Source: Nemertoderma westbladi
Taxonomy: Eukaryota > Animalia > Xenacoelomorpha
Direction: 5' to 3'
Assembly (NCBI GenBank): GCA_032718475.1
Contig: JAUCBJ010007673.1
Location: 5,156 to 69,155, forward strand
Length of the DNA stretch: 64,000 bases
Part shown: positions 33,206 to 46,500 of the stretch, in pieces
Position numbering within the stretch: the first letter of the stretch is position 1
How the letters are laid out: every line of letters begins with the position of its first letter
Notes under the pieces: generated by a model
What the model was told of the DNA's origin: nothing
The model's input: the letters and a program-made list of their open reading frames with translations, nothing else
Database searches by the model: none
Position numbers and translations under genes: made by a program

Positions 33206-36200
33206 TATAGAATTATATTCCCTAAATGCCGTGGATTTTCAAAATTTTATTTTATTCGAATTAACTTTGTAAAGATTGCTTTGAGTTCTCATTAGTATTG
33301 GTTCTATCTATTGTGTATCTATCGGTCAAGTGGTTCAGTAGCTCAGTTGGTAGAGCGTTGGAAATTATATGTGTAGTAGGTATCGAGTTCGAATCCTAAT
33401 AAGTGCGAATTATTTTTTGTGCAGAATTTCAACTCATTTAAATTAACCGCTACAAATTAATTGCATTTGTCTGTACCAATGAGACCGTAGTTATTTGATT
33501 GTAACCAATGTTGTGTAAGTTATATATTAGCTGGACCAATAAGCTATCTTTAAAACCTTGTTAGAACCTATAGAACAATCGAGAATTTTCTCGATTGATT
33601 GCGGCACAAATTTGGTATAAAAAGGTGCGATTTCGTTCATTAATAAAATCTACTTTAGTTCACTTACTACTACTTTAGTATACATTATCTTATCAATATT
33701 CTGTCGTGCTTAGTTTATTCTCAGATTACATTGTATTATAATTGTATCTTCTGTAATAAAGTCAGAATATTCTCTCAGCTTTTCTGTTTTACTATGGTTT
33801 CACTACGGTGAACAAACTCGGGGACAGGATGGCCAGCTAGAGATCGGGCCGCAGCAATGAACGGGAACATCACGGGAATGTAGACGAGAGACAACCCGCA
33901 ATACCATTTAGAGTTATTCGCCCATCGCCTGAAAGGTTAGACAGCGTTCGATCCTTGCTACCTAAGTGTAAGACCAAAAGATCAAAGGTAGACGTAGTGA
34001 CACGCTGCAAGCCTAAAATTACATCATAGGGACTGTGGGGCGAGCCACGAAGTGAGTGAGCCTTAGCGTAGTGGTACCATTAATCAACCTGTCGTTCTGT
34101 CGTTCTGTCGTTCTGTCGTTCTGTCGTTCTGTCGTGTTCAATTTTAAACGTTAATAACTCAGCCAATCTTTGATGAAATCTATCCAAACTTGGTACACAT
34201 GTTGTTTGGCAAAAGTTTAGAAATTTTCCAAGTAGAATTTCCGTGTGGCCTTCGAGAAGCTAAGATAATAGCAGTTAATTAGTTAATTAAGTTGATTACG
34301 GTGAAAACACAATTTTCAACCTGCCTTTTAAAGGAAATTAATTGTTTTACAGTATAAGATTTAAATAATTATAATTAAAAATTATACAGATGTAATCCAC
34401 ATACGCCATTCTATTATAGTTTTTAATTAGTTCAAGTGATTTGCTTTAATAATTGTGTCTTTAATTGATCTAAAGTAATTAAAACGGCATAAAAAATGGA
34501 TTCTCATTAAATACTGATCATTTATTGGCCAACTTGCAAGTTGGCTGGTACATAGATGGGGGATGTGTGTGTAAGGGAGCCAGTTGCTGGGAATGCCAGT
34601 GGAGGGGGGTTGTATGTAACTAGCCACACGGCTGCCAGCTAGACCTAACGAGATTGAAACCTGCATTCCCTACCTCCTATTACACTATAGAGTCTGTGTT
34701 CTTTAGTCTCAGGTAATAGACAGATCTCATTTAATGATTGTCAGTCAATAAGATTACCACTGCAGAAGGCTTATATCCAAAATTGTTTATTTCTCAAAAT
34801 ATTATGCTTATTATTTTTTGATGGGATTTCTGTGTATTTTAATTGTCTAAGTTTTCAGAGGCATTAACAGTATATTAAATAAATTATTTGAATATCATTC
34901 ATTACTGCATCGACTGTATTTAGTACTGCGTAGATTATATTCCTATAAACCACCTGGCTTCGCATATTGAACGTGCGATTGGAAATAAGTTCGTGCTACC
35001 TTCCGTGGGTGGTAGATGTCGCGGTTATGTATTGGTGGGTGGGAAGGGTGGGGGGGGGGGGGGGGTGGGGTGGGGTGGGGTGGGGTGGGGGTGCAGATTT
35101 AAAGGGCTGAACACGTACTGTCCCTCTTTTTTTGATTGATTGGCGGTGTGGTTAAATTTCTAAATTTTACTAATTTATAAAGTTAAATACTGATTTTGTG
35201 ATACAGTCGCTCGATATTAATTTGTATCTCATAACTGGGCCTCGTGTTGCGCGAAGGCCCCACGAACGTGTACTGTCTTGATTCAGGAAAACCCACAGTA
35301 GACCTTCACATTCCTACGGGAGGGAGAGAGAGCAGATACTAGTACGCAGATAGGACGTAGGCACACCGGTACAAGGCATACACATTGGTTAGGGTGCAGC
35401 AAACTGTACGCTTAACTCTTGCTAAGTACAGGTGTGTGTGCGACTATTTGCAGTACGACCGTGTCTATTACATCAGAACTTGTAGGCTAGGGGGGTTGCT
35501 GTGTTTTCACCTGAATTGGGATTGTACCGTTCAGGCGGTAGGGCAGTTTACGCTAGGCGCAAATAAATTGAGGCTATCAGGGATATACTAACATCTACCG
35601 TGTCCCCGCCAACGCCCTAATAGGAAGTTACCCGGACTACCTGGGTGACTAAAATTCTGGATAGGAGCCAGGATAGCTATTAGTACCCGTACGCCTACAG
35701 TAGTAAACTAACACATCTCTTCTTAGTATCAGGGACCTGGTACCTAAAATTGCCGAATTCTGGGCGTAGTATTAACCTTATGCCTGAATTTGAGTCCTGG
35801 AAATACGCAAGAGGGGAAGGAACCTTATCATTCGTGAGTATTAGACCTACAAGTTATAAAATTAGAATATTCGTAAAATGCACACCGTACCCAGTAATTA
35901 TATATGTGAAGGAGCAAAACTGCTTTGACCGTTCAGAATTAACACGCGCGCGTTAGAAATTATTTACACCTCAAAATATATAAAATTAACTTTCGTCCTT
36001 ACTGCACTTTGCTCGCTAGTTAGACATCTCCAAATATCTGCCTCTGTACCTAGCTAGCGTCTCTTTGCCCAACCATATAAATCACACCGCGGCAAAGTAT
36101 ACGAGCCCCTTAGTCCGTCAGTGAGTCAGCCTGATTTTAGGATTCGCTGCGCGGGATTTTGTTTTATCGAAGTTTGTCTGCTCGTAGACTGTTTTCTGCC

Positions 36201-36367
36201 TCACCGGTTAAAAGAGATCGATACTGCAATATATTCGCTTACTTAGGGTTTACTGTTTTGGTGAGAAGGTCGGATTTATGATTTGATTTACAAACTTTAC
36301 AGTAGGATATTGCAGGTATTGTTACCGTCTCTTCCGATAGTAGGAATAGGCGTATCTCTCCAATTTA
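33206..36367 (+). repeat. E2 3' LTR, interrupted by the 34037-35268 insertion
   Basis: Matches the 5' LTR on both sides of the insertion. Preceded by ggagcgg and followed by the TSD ttgta. Confidence 0.93.
34037..35268. mobile_element. HINE/Helentron-like non-autonomous element inserted at TGT in the E2 3' LTR
   Basis: The empty site in the 5' LTR reads gggactgtactgtc; here tgt flanks both sides. Sub-terminal inverted repeat gagccttagcg / cgcgaaggccc, (CTGTCGTT)n microsatellite, terminal hairpin gggcctcgtg-ttg-cgcgaaggccc. Confidence 0.75.
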
Positions 36368-37926
36368 TTGTAGGTATCAATATGAGCAAAAGATGAGATT
36401 TTTGAGAGACTTTCAGACACCATCAGTGCAATGGTCTCCCGCTAGAGGGCCACATGTCTAAACATTAAATGCCCTCCCATTTCTTTGCTTTTAATCCGTT
36501 TAAGCTGAAACTTGGCAGATATGTATTAGACCATTAGCTGTGACTTTCAAAGGAGGCGAATCCATCTGCAGTTCTCCAGTCTGCCGCTAGAGGGCCAAAT
36601 GTCTGAAAGTGAAATCGTTGTCGTCGTTATGATATTGACATGCTTATAACTTTGTCGAATTTAAAGCTGCCAAGTTGAAAATTTGTTTTGTTGAAAATCA
36701 GTTCAACAGTCACCCGCTATAGGACTACTTTATGCCTGAAAGTGAATAGATTCTCCCGTCTCATTGATTTTAATCAGTTTAAGCTGAATCTTGCCATATA
36801 TTCTGGACCACATGCTGCGTCTTTGTGGGGGGGGGGGGGGGGGGGGGGAGATTTAATCGGTCTGCCGCTATACGACGAAATTTCTGAAAGTGAGATCCGT
36901 CTCTCATTTCGTTATCCGTTATTCAAGATTAAACTTGGCCGATGTACGTATGTACTATTCATCCATAGGCTGTGTCTTTGTGGGGCTGGAGACCCTAATC
37001 CATCTTCAGTTCTCACTATACCGCTAGAGTCAGAAATGTCTGAATAGAAATGAAAGAGGTAAAAAGTGATTAGGCGAAATCTGCTTAAAATTTGCTAATA
37101 CAGTAATACTTTCGAATTAGTACTTAAATTAAATTTAAGTCACGTGCTGCGCGAAGGCCCAACTTCGTGTAAACTCTAGATTATGTTTGATGGTACAAAC
37201 ACAACGTCATACTTACGTATGTTGGATGATACATCGGTAATGTTACATCCTGTTTATATACAACCGCAGAAGCTCGCAAAATGGCATGGCTGGCCACAAC
37301 TAGTACCAATAATATATTCATTTATAATATGTTCAGACTTTATCTATATAATATCACTATATAAACTACATAATAACTATATAACTACATATTTAACTAA
37401 CTTCATTAACTGTATATTGTATAATAAGACAATAGTTAGGATTAATTAATTAGTTAATAAATTAATCAGAATTACAATAATATGACACTAAATGTTACTA
37501 GCTCACGTGTATATTGTATAGTATAAATCATGCATTATCATATCAAATTATTCTAAACTATTTTCATAAAAGTCTACAACACATGTTGTTATAAAATTAT
37601 TTGCGTATAACATGTAAAACATTTATGCATTGGATATATGCGTAAATGGTAATTAATAATTCACAATATATTTTATGCTGACATTAGCCAAGTTTAGGCA
37701 GTAACGTGGATCTATATGTGCAATGATTATTATATAAGGGTTTATACATTTAGGTACTCCTGTTGCCAACACTCAAGATAAACATTGCAGTTGGAAAACT
37801 ATTCGCCAGGTCAGTCAGTGCCAGACGAGACGTATGTAGATCGGTATGCAAAAGATGGCCTATATTGCTATTCGACCAACTGCTTCTCACAACTTATATC
37901 TTACCCTAAATGACTTGGGTGGAGTC

Positions 37927-38172
37927 GGGTGTAAATGCTACGCCGACAACCGACAGCCGACAGCCGACAACTACTGCCGACAACAGACAACATCAAAATA
38001 TGAAAATGTAACCTGAGATCGTGACTCTCGTTTATTGTTTTGGTTAGAATAACCTTCAACTGTAACCTGTTCATTTCCCTCAATTAATGAATAACATTAA
38101 TTAGCTTTAATAGTGGTTGTTGGCGTTGGCGTTGGTTGTCGGTAGTCGGGTGTCAGCATAGCATTTACACCC
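37927..38172. mobile_element. MULE-like MITE
   Basis: TIRs gggtgtaaatgcta / tagcatttacaccc, internal ccgaca repeats, 9-bp TSD ggtggagtc (37918-37926 and 38173-38181). Confidence 0.85.
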
Positions 38173-40387
38173 GGTGGAGTCCTGGCTTCAGGCCTTCCAA
38201 GAGGCAGACATAATATCTGCAAGCCCTATATTATTTTATGTACAAAAATTGTTGCTGTCACAAGTTAGACCTGAAATTAATCTGCGTTGATTGGGTGACT
38301 GAATTGTTGCGATACCGAGTCGTGTGGTTGCCGCGCTGTATCGTAAACGTGAGCTTGTGGACTACGCGGCCAGCCAGGTATGGATGGTTCATACAGTTAG
38401 TAAAAAGGTCTGATGTTTCGGTAGACTATGATATGTATATTGTTCGTTGGTTATAATAGACTGTGTCAGCTGATTAATGTACAGCTACCAAACCTGGCCT
38501 TCTCTATAGTTACATGGGTATGTTATACATTATAACACTGTATTGTCCATCCTCTCTCCAATAAGCTTTTCGAGAACCAATATGCATTCCCTTTATATTT
38601 ATTGGTGATATCTACTTAACAACGAAATCTTAGGCCCATAATATTATTGTGCTATTATATTTGCTCTGATTAGAGGTAGCCATAGCTTTGGTTCCGGCGC
38701 TTAACAAACTCGATAATTAATAGCCGAGCCAATAGCAGGGGTTTATACTTAGATTAATGTTACATTTCATACAACAGGTTGACCTCTGTACAGAGTAGCT
38801 CCCTATAAGTATAGTACACTCTATTTCTCATGTGTCATTAATTCACATTGTCAGTATGTAGGTAGCTAGCTTGTCGGTTTGTGCTGTCATCTATTTAGCA
38901 GTGCAGTACATCAGTCTTGGCCATCTAAGGCCTACAGTTATAGCGGTCACTTAATTTTGGTTACCACACGCGCTCACGCATGCACTCACACACGCGCTCA
39001 CGCATGCACTCACGCACGCACACACGAATTATATTCAAATGCAGTTCTGTTGTTCGATGGTGCTATTGTCTCTTTGTCAGCGTGAGCAGTTTGGAGAATC
39101 AAATCAATTACAAACTTTGGAAGCCGTGTCTCTCTGGTCTGTTAGTTCGTGCTGGTTTTTCATTGTGCAGATTATTCAATGCCAGTAAGTCACCTTTTCT
39201 GTTATTTCCAATACTTGTTATGTTTGTAAATGTAAATGTGGGACATTAGTTTCTAGGCTTATTGACAGCGATTGATTATATTATAGATACATTTTTTATA
39301 CAATGAACCACTCTGCAATTTTCACATCCTCAGCCCCATAGCCAGATCCCTAGCAGCCCGCTGTAAGAGTTTGAACAAAACACCCCCCCAGATATCACTG
39401 CATCAGCAACCCTCGGCCAGACAGTCAAACCCCATGGACTACTCCATCCTCACAATTCGTGCGTGTGAACCAGTGATGCTGCGCTGACTGATGCTGCTGC
39501 TACTGCAGCTGCACTGCACATCGGGCTGGAGATCCAACTATCAGTGGGCTGCTACTCGCCTGGTGTATTATCTACGGGGAGGTATATTCGCCACGTACTC
39601 ACAATCTTATTCATATGACCCATAGCGGTCACTAACCCCAACAACACTATATTGCACCTAAGTTTCCCATATGGTTTAATGGTGAGATTGTTCCCCTTAA
39701 TTGATTCGGTGCCAACCGAATCTACCATTATTGTTATTGGGTTGCAAATATCTGGATTGGTTTCCCTCCGAGGACGCTTTGTAATCGATTTTTCGCACCT
39801 CTGTAGGCAAACATACACTCTGTCATGATTCTGATTTAAAAATGCAATAATCACTACACAATTATTACCTATTTCCACCTCTCCCACCATAATATTTCAT
39901 TCCGTTAATATCAAATATTACAACATATTTCCATCCCAAACATCCTTAACCACCCTCACCCACAATTCCAACCAATATTGCTGGCTACTCCCCTACAAAT
40001 CATTGCTATCCAATGAAGGAGATTGCTACACAACCTCCCTCCTTTCTATCATTGGCCTCTTAGTACGCCAACCTTCACCCACCTATTAGTCTCACCCAGT
40101 TATTAATAAAGGAATAATTGATAACCAGCAAACTCTATTGCCATTCATCATCAGTAATCGGTTATTGGTCAGTCTAACAACCACGTATTAATTATATTTT
40201 ACATGGGTTGAATGTAAAATCACTGCACAAGAAAGACAAACTGTGTTTAGGTGATAATTAGGGGTCAACTTCTTATTGACCCCACACTGGGTTTAAAAGG
40301 GGCCACATTTGGATGAAAAAATGAGTCCAAAAACCAGCCTTCATAGTTGGCCACCTCGACAGCTAAACTAGGCTTTGCTCTAATTGG

Positions 40388-40600
40388 ACTTCTTTCTTCC
40401 CAGGCCAGCCTTAGCGGGTTCGTGGTTGCTGGGAAGGTAAGACGTTACCACCAAGGACTGAGTTTGGCTGACTAGCCTTGAAGTGAGCTCTGCTCCATGG
40501 TATTGCACTTCTTTCTTCCCAGGCCGGCCTTAGTGGGTTTGCGGTTGCTGGGAAGGTAAGACGTTACTGCCTTGGACTGAGATAGATCTCTGGCTAACTA
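40388..40600. repeat. ~120-bp tandem duplication, probably the tail of the fossil ORF3
   Basis: cttctttcttcccaggcc...gctgggaaggtaagacgttac occurs twice. Confidence 0.7.
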
Positions 40601-40689
40601 GCCCCAGAGTGCTTGCACACGCTGTCCACTGGCTACTTAGTTCGTCTCAGGACCGACATTTAGTTTTGGGTGCAGAATAGCAGTGTGAA

Positions 40690-41980
40690 AGTCTCAAATA
40701 TTTTCGGACGTATTTGGTGGAAATACACTCACAAACGCATATATTAATTCGTAGCTGGGAATACGAGTTTTTTTGTTCGACCTGGGGAAAGAGATAGGGG
40801 TGAAATACATACACTCCTTCGTAAGTGCGTCCTGTATAATACCAATGGCGCGACTTGCAGTGAAGATCTGCGCTAGCTTCCCAAGCTCATATGTATCGAA
40901 GTACAATCAACTCGTCTACACTTTCAATGTCTTGGCTAAAAGGGCAATCCCAACTAGCGTGTCCTTTTAGTTGACAGTAATAACGGTATTGCGTCATAAA
41001 TTAGGGGCAAACCGCAAACATATGCTTGTTGTTGATCAGGCAATAAGCACAGTAAATCTCCATAGCTGGTTGATCCTCAAAATAAGACAAAAGCTCTTCT
41101 GATTCTGGTGAAGTAGAATCTCGGTATGCTTCTCCACTACCTGATTCCTTTCGTCACATTGACATCACTTTTCTTCTAAGAAATCAGATAGGGAGTATAC
41201 ATATCTCGAATCGATATCTTTCTCTAGGTTCTCGATTTGAATTTCCATTACTGAGTATCCCGAGGGTATCTTGGGTTGGGTCGCTACAGGACGGAGGAAT
41301 GCGGGTTCTAGGTGCAAACATCTTTAAAGATGGCAAACCCAGTGCTAACCAGTTTCTCAGCAGCGGCATCCTGGAGGCTGAGTTTGATCCACACGTGATC
41401 TTTGAACTGACTATCAACGTTCCGAAACGGAGTCAGAAAGTGCCTAAAACATTCATATCGAATGAACTTATTATGTTTGTATTACGCTCGTATTTTAGGA
41501 AGTTAACCTGGGATGAAGGGGTGAGAACGCATTCTTCGGCTGCACACATCAGCTAACCATCCAGAAAGTGCGGTGTTCTCAAATATGGCGTAGATGGCCA
41601 AGGAAGTACGGAGGAGAACACTCGTGAAACTATAAACTGCGCCAATCGCGATATGCTTCTCCTCGAGCTGATTCTCTCTTCTGGTCGTCTGAGTGTTTCC
41701 CTAAAAACTCATGGTAGAAAATACACGCATTCGAGGTTGATGTCATGATCGATTCGTGGTTTATCGCGACATTACGTTGTCTTTGCGCATGGAATCGAAA
41801 TAAAACCATCTCAGTTTATATGTCTAGATCATCTGTATCTCATAGATCAATAGGGTTTCCCATAGTTAGGAAATCCATATACGTATAATTTCGATGAATG
41901 TAACGCAAGGTGAATTTTCGATATATAAATTCATGCTGGAGTTGTACTTTGGTCATCGGTGACTCGATGTAGGGTCCATC
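40690..41980 (-). pseudogene. Decayed ORF3 (exonuclease/zinc-knuckle ORF) of an older E3-like BEL element
   Basis: 41380-41470 resembles 44825-44915, 41750-41945 resembles 47445-47640, and 40694-40906 resembles the ORF3 C-terminus (KTRIPSYEL). Its start lies at 60446-60590 (MDLIEEDLDINERYT). Confidence 0.8.
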
Positions 41981-41984
41981 ATCC

Positions 41985-42270
41985 GCTGCAGTTTCCACCT
42001 TGGTGTAGTGGTTGCATTGAATTCACATCTCCTGTAGGTCGTGGGTTCGATCCTCACATGGACCAGGGCAGTTTTCGTTTCGGCACGAATGCTTTAAAGG
42101 GACCAGCCAGGGCGCATCTCTGCCTTGCATCCTTAAGTGGTAGTGAAATGAGTACTGGTGTTTCCTCTGGGGAGTAAAGTTCTGGGGGGACCGCACTGGA
42201 AATAAGTTGTCAGACTTTGAGCGTAATCCCTGGCATAGTGGCTGAAGAAAATTTACTTTTATTTTACTTT
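41985..42270 (+). mobile_element. tRNA-derived SINE
   Basis: A box tggtgtagtgg, B box ggttcgatcc, a Nin/Deu-like core gccttgcatccttaagtggtagtgaaatgagtactgg and a tttactttt tail. Confidence 0.65.
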
Positions 42271-42307
42271 GCAGTCTATTTACTAATATCACCGCTTAAT
42301 AGACTAT

Positions 42308-43483
42308 TGTTCGCGCTTTCAGACCTTTAGCAGTTTAACCTGCCAAATTGGGATGTCTTCTAGATAATAGATAGTCTTTAGCCTATGACGAGTATTTGAT
42401 ACACTACATTAGCCGAAGCCAGTCTATGCGCGATCATTCACCCGCTGGATATACCCGGGAGACTGGATTCGGAAGCCTAACCGTATTGCGGTGTAGGCCT
42501 ACTGTATTATTCGACTGATCGTAATATATAATCTCTGACAAATATTATTCACTTTCGGGAAATATTAACAGTTCCTTTAGGACGTGGCGCTCTAAATATG
42601 TAAACAGAGTTATGACTTAAACTAGACACAACGGGATGGCTATAGATTCACGTATATGGCGCATTCTTTAGGAGATGCTTTGTTATCAGTCACAATCATA
42701 CACAATACTGCACAATGCTGCACACTGATCTGCCGACCTTCACTAATTTTAGTCACATATAAAGAGAACAACAGACAATACATGTAGTGCCTATGAAATA
42801 GCATTAGATTCACTTCAAAACCACTTTAATGTAAGTCGCAATCGTTATATGTAACCGGTCTCTCTAACCTTCAGTATATCAAGAAGATCGAGGGTTTGTA
42901 ATTATTTATCGGTATTCCCAATATAATAATATTCCATCAACAGATATAATGAATAACCGACAGTAAATAGCAGTACAAATGTTAAGGTATGAATTGATAT
43001 GATATGTGAGTTATGATTGTAAACATGCGATAACAGATATACGTTCTATAATTAAGCCTACTAATGTTGGGCTAAAGACTGAAAACACAGAGATTCCAAA
43101 AGCCGGTCTTCTGGGCTCAGGACAAAATGTAAACATTGACCCATAATGCATTGCGCGATTTCTCGGAGGTTTCTGTACAAAAAGCAGGAGAATCGCTCTG
43201 ATTGGTTGACCGAACAAAGAAACATCAGAGAACAAGGAAAAAGCTATACGTGTACAGCTCAGCTGTTAGCTGTCGTCATAGTAACTACACTGTTTCAAGA
43301 GGATCTAGCGCATTGCGTCACAGAATTGCTAATTATGTCCGCTAAAGTACACATACAGAAGAAATAGCTTTTATGTCCCCTAAAACACCAGTACAGTAAG
43401 GATACGGCCTTTTATGCCTGTTAAACCAACTACAGAGTACTTTATGGGGAAAATAACCGGTTAATTCCGCAAAAGCTTTTACA
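42308..43483 (-). repeat. E3 3' LTR
   Basis: Copy of 59265-60440. The PPT-like gggagcgg is adjacent at 43484-43491. Confidence 0.95.
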
Positions 43484-43561
43484 CCGCTCCCAGAAAATGG
43501 GATTTAAGTCTATAAAATATAACAAATCACAGTTTCTAAAATATAAAAATACTCTAAACAG

Positions 43562-46500
43562 TTAGTCTTTCTTACGCGGACGGCGTTTACGCAGTTTTTT
43601 GAGGCTAGCAAGAGTCCTTTTCTCTTTGGGGCGAGCCACTTTACTAGGAGGGCTGTAACTCCTGGGTGAAGGGTGCAATACAATTGCATCAGAAGGTTTA
43701 GGATTACGATCGGTGTATCCGCCGGTCGAGGTACCTGGTTGATCGATATCAACTTCAGTGGAGCGAGGTCTAACAGCCTTTAGGGCGCGTCTTAGGACAG
43801 CAGCTCCTACGGGTCCTTGACGGGTCGTTTGGACAATGGCGGTAGGTGGACCGTGAGTGGTGAGAAACTTCCTCGGTTTAATGGTTCTTTCCAGCTCGCG
43901 TTCTCGGGCTCGATATTCGTAGGGCCGTCGAGATACTTCCTGTAACTCAGGGTGCGAGTTGATAAATAAATCTCCATACTCAGGGTCTTGACGGATGAAA
44001 TTGATCAAATGGTATGAAGTAATATCGTTAGGATTGACGTTCCTGAGATATTTTCGAATTTGGTGGAAATACACTCACCAACACGCTTCATTAGTTCGTA
44101 ACTCGGTGTGCGTGTTTTTTGTTCAACAGATGCGAATAAATAAGGATGGAACGCGTAAACTCCCTCGTAAGAGCGTCCAGGGTAATAGCGATGGCGGGAC
44201 TCACAATGTAAATCCGCGTTCGCTTCCCAAGCTCGAATGTAGCGCAGGGTAATCATCTCATCTACGCTTTCTAAATCGCGGTTAAAGGGGCAATTATAAC
44301 TGGCATGTCCTTTAAGTTGACAGTGGTGGCATTGAGTCATAAATTGGGGGCAGACTGCAAAAATGTGCGAGTTATTAAGTCTGCAATACGCACAACAGAT
44401 CTCCATCATCGGTTGTTCGTGGAAATAGGAGCAGGGTACGTCTGAGTCCATAGGGGTGAAATGGTCTCTCGATGCGCATAATCGACAACGTTTTCGAGAA
44501 ACATAGTTGGCGTGTCGATAATCGTATGCGGTGAGACATTGTGGACCTTGATACCACTCTAAGACGTAGTCGTTATCGCTGCTCCGGGGCGCTGTAGGCT
44601 GAATCGCCTCAGATTCTAAGCATATTGGTTCGTCTTCCAATTGCATAGCTGAGGTAGGTGCGGCTGTCTCTGCAAGCGGACCCACTGTCTGAACTTCCAC
44701 GACAGAATAACCCGTGGGTATTCGGGGTCTTTGTATAACAGATGAATGTAAGTTCTGTATACAAACGTCCTGAAAAAGGGCAAATCCCGCGCTGTTTAGC
44801 TTCTCCGCAGCTGAGTCTCTTAGGCTGAGTTTGGTCAGAGCGCGGTCCTTGAACTGACTATCAACGTTACGGAACGGAGTCAGAAAGCGCCTGAAACATT
44901 CGAAGCGGATGAATTTATTGTGTTCATCTAACTTGGCGAGTTTGGTTCCAAGTATTAAGGGATGGGCGCGTATGGTACGACTGCACACATCGGCTAGCCA
45001 ACCGGCAAGTGCTGCGTTTTCAAAGATCGTGTATATAGCTAAGGAGGGACGAAGTGGAACACTCATAAAGCTATACACGGCGCCAGGTGCGGACAATGGT
45101 CCATCAAAGTATAAACGAGAATAATGATCTCCATATACTTGTTGGTAATTGATAGGATTTCCAACCTTGAAATTCCATCCGTATTCTTGAAAGGCGAGAT
45201 GTCCGATGGAGGTTCGTTGTACTTTAGTAATGCCGCTGGGTGTATTGGCATACATAGTGCGGAAGAAACCTCGGCCTTCTGCCCAGGGAGCAATCAGCTG
45301 AGTATCAATGAAAGGGTATGGAATGTTCTCCATATTCCGAAAGTCGTTTTGTAGATCTCCATAAACAGCTGAGCCGATTTTAAGGATTCTTTCGTTAAAC
45401 AACATCTCGAGCACGGGCTGGGGTAACATCGATCCATCGATACCCATGGCCGGTTTGCGCTCGGTGTCGGTGACGTAACGCTGCGCGAGTTCAAATTGTC
45501 CATGTCGGAGTTTCTTTTGTGTCTCAGTAAGAGTTTCAAAAGAATAATCAATCACATCGGAACACGCTCGAGTAAATACGTGGGTAGAACCAGCGAGTCC
45601 TCGTATGTGTATCATCCGCGTAGTTCCCAGTTCTCCAACCGGAACGCTACCTTCGTTATCGTAAGTGACAACTCCATACATATCGATAACGTTAAGAGTC
45701 TCGTTCCACTCTTTAGTGGCGTTCTCGAGGGTCATTCCCACTGGGTGCCACAAGGTAGCACATTCGCTAGCATTAGGTAGATCTCTATACTTTAAGTATT
45801 GTGTAGTACATGTTTCCACATCTCCATATCGTTGTATTCTTTCCTCCTCGAATAACACGTCAAGATTCCAGTGTACTAATCGAGTTTTGATGAATCCATC
45901 AAGATTATGCGGAGGTATTGTTTCTTTCTCTATTCTGGAAACATTATATGGTTTTCGAAATGAGTTTATTTTAACTAACTGATCCAGATGTTTCTGCAGT
46001 TGTTCGAGTTCGACAAGATCGAGAGGATTTATTAGTGGTAGAAACCTCAGACTATGTGTAGGATCTTCCGGTTTTACCATGTAATATTGTGTTAGATTGA
46101 CGTAATAAGGGTGATCTTTGATCCCATAAAACGAGTCCGGTAAAGGTCTAGCGCGTATGTTAACATTGTGTACCATGCGATGGACAAGATCCGCTCTATT
46201 GTCCGGAGGTTCAATGAGTATACCATCGACACGAGCGGCTTCGATGGGCGGATGTTGCAACATGGGAGCGTCAGCAATAAGATCTCGAGATCTTAGGTTG
46301 ATATCAACCGGTTGGGGTTGTACCGTCGCAAAGAGTTTGTCTCCGAAATGGGGAACCATCGAGGGATGAAGGATGGTTTTAGAGTAGAGATCCGTCATAA
46401 GGATTTGAGCTTCGGGTTGGGCTAAAGCTGCTTCTTCTCTCTCATCTAGTTCTATATGTCTCTCCTCGAGCTGATTTTCCTCCGCTTGTTGTTGTAGACG

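Larger units (their letters stand above)
15321..36367 (+). mobile_element. BEL/Pao LTR retrotransposon E2, near complete, with an extra exonuclease ORF
   Basis: Near-identical 1926-bp LTRs, TSD ttgta (15316-15320 and 36368-36372), order gag-PR-RT-RH-IN with BEL-specific motifs, plus ORF3. Confidence 0.95.
14824..37167. mobile_element. Non-autonomous HINE/Helentron-like (pearl/DINE-type) element split by the E2 insertion
   Basis: Left end tgt|ggggcgagccacgaagttggcggagccttagcg, (GTCGTT)n/(GTC)n microsatellite at ~14897-14946, 315-bp internal tandem units (14941, 15256, resuming at 36368-36690), right end cgcgaaggcccaacttcg|tgt. Termini are shared with 34037-35268. Confidence 0.6.

Noticed and set aside
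37265-37304. Helitron 3' end (ggccacaactag|t)
   Set aside because: The hairpin is weak and no matching 5' TC end was identified.
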